Source: Fidelibacterota bacterium
GTDB lineage: Bacteria > Fidelibacterota > Marinisomatia > Marinisomatales > TCS55
Direction: 5' to 3'
Length of the DNA stretch: 64,000 nt
Assembly: GCA_046861385.1 (NCBI GenBank)
Contig: JBHHTW010000006.1
Span: 29,801-93,800, forward strand
Shown here: positions 61,707-64,000 of the stretch, in pieces
How the letters are laid out: every line of letters starts with the position of its first letter
How positions within the stretch are numbered: position 1 is the first letter of the stretch
Made by a program: the position numbers and the translations under genes
Notes under the pieces: generated by a model
What the model was told of the DNA's origin: nothing
Database searches by the model: none
The model's input: only the letters and a program-made list of their open reading frames with translations

Positions 61707-64000
61707 AAGTGGTGCTTATACTATAACCGGTGTTGCACCGGGTACGTATACAGTATCTGCTTCATACATCGGTTACGAATCTACCACCCAAAGTGTTACC
61801 GTCGGGGCAGGAGCAACGCAGGCTGATTTTGCACTTGCTGTAAGCGCATTAGCTGCAAAAGCAATTTCTGTAATCGGTTCTCGTTTTTCGCACACAGCAG
61901 AAGATCAAGCCGTTCCAGTGGACGTTTTTACCGCTCAGGAAATTCGCCGTGCCGGTTTTTCAGAAACCGCTCAAATACTACAGTCATTAGCACCATCTTT
62001 TAATATGCCCCGAACATCCATATCAGATGGTTCCGATACAGTCAGGCCCATGACCCTTCGCGGGCTGAGTGCCGGACAAGTATTAGTTTTGGTTAACGGC
62101 AAACGACGCCACTCTACAGCGCTGGTACATGTTAATAATAGTCCCAGTCGTGGTGATAACGGCGTTGATCTAAATGCGATTCCTGCCGCAGCCATTGAAA
62201 GAATCGAAGTTCTTCGGGATGGCGCCGCAGCTCAATATGGTTCTGATGCCATTGCCGGTGTGATCAATATTGTTTTGAAATCTGCCAATAGCGGTGGATC
62301 TTTTAATGTCTATACCGGACATAACGAACACGTAATTGAAGCGATTCCTGAAGGTTACGACCTCTATGGTATTAAATATGGCGACGAAACTGAACCTTAT
62401 ACCTGGAACCCGACAACTGAAGTTGATTACTCTCGCAAGGCTGATGGAAACCCGGAAGCCATTGTAACTAGTAGTAAAGATTATACCGTGAATGACGGTG
62501 AAGTGACTCAATATCAGTTGACCCGCGGTTTTTCTATTGGTGATGGTGGATCATTGCTTATTGCGGCTGAATACCGCAGTCGCGGTAGATCCAATCGTGT
62601 TGGCGTTGAAGGCGAACAGTATTTTGAACCCAACTCCGATTATTGGAGTGACGACGATGCTGAATCACAACGCCTGAAATCCGGTTCGAACTGGTTTGTC
62701 GATCCGTTCAGAATGATCTGGGGCGATCAAGCCCAGGACAATATGGGCTTCATGTATAATGCTGATTTGCCATCTGGCGATAAACGGTATTATGCCTTTG
62801 GTGGCTATACACTCCGCCACGGTGACACGGGTTGTTTTACACGTCAGCCTGACCAAGGTAATAAAGTTTGGCTAAGCTCCAATCCTACCGGTTTTGTACC
62901 TCATATCCAACCGACTGTGACGGATTTTTCAACTGGTTTAGGAGTTGAGGGCGTTTTCGGAAATTGGAGTTACGATATTAGTAATACATATGGTACAAAT
63001 GATTTCCATTTCTATATGAACAGTACAAATGCCTCCTACGGTCCAGAACAACTTCGTCGTTATGACATTGGTGGCTTCAAGTTTCAGCAGAATAGTACAA
63101 ATTTTGATGGAACAACAACAATGGGGAATATTGATGTAGCTGCAGGGTTAGAATTGCGGTCTGAAAATTTCCGTATTTATGCCGGTGAAACTGCTTCTTT
63201 CGCCAATGGACAAGCCGGTACGAGCGTTTCAGGATGGGATTCTTCATATGTTGACACCGCTGGTGTAACACAATATGTTGGGCTCAACAGCAAAACAGCT
63301 GGAAGCGGCTGTCAGTGTTTCAGCGGCTTTAAACCTTCCAACGAACTGGCTACAAAAAATGCTGACCGCAGTGTGATGGCTTTTTATGGTGACGCTGAAA
63401 TGGACATGGGTATGGTCCGAGTTGGCGGTGCTGTTCGCATGGAAAACTATAATGATACGCAATTAGATGGAACTGACCACACATACAGTAACTTGAGTGT
63501 TAAAGGAACAGTTCGAGCAGAACCTATGTCAGGTGTTGTGGTTCGAGGTGCATTCAGCACCGGTTTCCGCGCCCCGGCACTGGCCCAGGCTTATCAAGCC
63601 AAGATCGCTACAAACTTCCTGCCTGATCCTCAGACCGGTGAAACCGTGGCGTTTGAAGTGGGTACATTCCCGGTCAGTCATGGTTTTCCCCAAGCGTTGG
63701 GTGCTGAAGCACTTACCCCGGAAACATCAACTAATTTGAGTTTCGGGACTTCGTTAGTTTTGGGCGATATTCGCATCAATGCCGACTATTATAATGTTGC
63801 TCTTAAAGATCGCATCGTGTTAACCGGTAACTTTACCGGAAGCTCTGATACAACTGGTAATCCTTTTGGATATGCCATTCAATCTTTATTGGATGATGCA
63901 AATGAAAATGCCTCCGGAGGCCGTTTCTTTATGAACGGTGTTGACACAAAAACATCCGGAATTGATATTACAGCCGCCTATGGAATGGACCTCGGTGGAT
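61546..64000 (+). CDS. Second TonB-dependent receptor (partial, runs off window end)
   Basis: Absent from the ORF track; read manually: MKKLMSLIAVFG...TLRGLSAGQVLVLVNGKRRH...EVLRDGAAAQYGSDAIAGVINIVLK. Confidence 0.92.
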   Translation, partial: MKKLMSLIAVFGMLSGLMAQSGSISGTVTDQDGNALPGANVAVDGTSLGAAADGSGAYTITGVAPGTYTVSASYIGYESTTQSVTVGAGATQADFALAVSALAAKAISVIGSRFSHTAEDQAVPVDVFTAQEIRRAGFSETAQILQSLAPSFNMPRTSISDGSDTVRPMTLRGLSAGQVLVLVNGKRRHSTALVHVNNSPSRGDNGVDLNAIPAAAIERIEVLRDGAAAQYGSDAIAGVINIVLKSANSGGSFNVYTGHNEHVIEAIPEGYDLYGIKYGDETEPYTWNPTTEVDYSRKADGNPEAIVTSSKDYTVNDGEVTQYQLTRGFSIGDGGSLLIAAEYRSRGRSNRVGVEGEQYFEPNSDYWSDDDAESQRLKSGSNWFVDPFRMIWGDQAQDNMGFMYNADLPSGDKRYYAFGGYTLRHGDTGCFTRQPDQGNKVWLSSNPTGFVPHIQPTVTDFSTGLGVEGVFGNWSYDISNTYGTNDFHFYMNSTNASYGPEQLRRYDIGGFKFQQNSTNFDGTTTMGNIDVAAGLELRSENFRIYAGETASFANGQAGTSVSGWDSSYVDTAGVTQYVGLNSKTAGSGCQCFSGFKPSNELATKNADRSVMAFYGDAEMDMGMVRVGGAVRMENYNDTQLDGTDHTYSNLSVKGTVRAEPMSGVVVRGAFSTGFRAPALAQAYQAKIATNFLPDPQTGETVAFEVGTFPVSHGFPQALGAEALTPETSTNLSFGTSLVLGDIRINADYYNVALKDRIVLTGNFTGSSDTTGNPFGYAIQSLLDDANENASGGRFFMNGVDTKTSGIDITAAYGMDLGG

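Noticed and set aside
61971-63739. Short track ORFs near the window end, and the many short ORFs nested in known genes
   Set aside because: Shadow or alternate-frame ORFs of the second TonB receptor and other well-supported genes.

Overview
AT-rich, gene-dense bacterial chromosome segment. The gene repertoire (archaeal/eukaryote-type ProRS, homodimeric GlyRS, T9SS-type C-terminal sorting domain, CarboxypepD-TonB receptors, DGGGP-synthase-like UbiA, Bacteroidota-style LptD) suggests an FCB-group bacterium, most plausibly Ca. Marinimicrobia; this is inference, not a database result. Most of the window is housekeeping (dnaE, prmC/prfA, rpmE, rho, folC, murI, amidase, eno-ftsB, recO, proS, rarA, lptD, hisS, topA, glyS), plus a surface-glycan cluster (19.6-27.8 kb), an accessory region around tRNA-Thr(CGT) (40.2-46.0 kb) and two tandem TonB-dependent receptors. 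The most striking item is a stand-alone Cas6 (Cas6b-like) protein between rho and an aminotransferase in a core operon. It has no CRISPR array or other cas gene in the window, apparently lacks the catalytic His motif, and carries a ~140-aa charge-blocked disordered tail, so it is a candidate domesticated RNA-binding factor. Other notable items: a T9SS cargo + minimal PID-CTERM-like peptide + exosortase cassette, an orphan Na+-type MotAB stator with a secreted partner, twin ~70-aa membrane proteins on a hairpin-punctuated transcript, two likely non-canonical ATT/ATC starts, a 275-bp promoter+N-terminus duplication between TonB receptors, and several gene remnants. All family calls come from motif recognition by eye; no searches were run.
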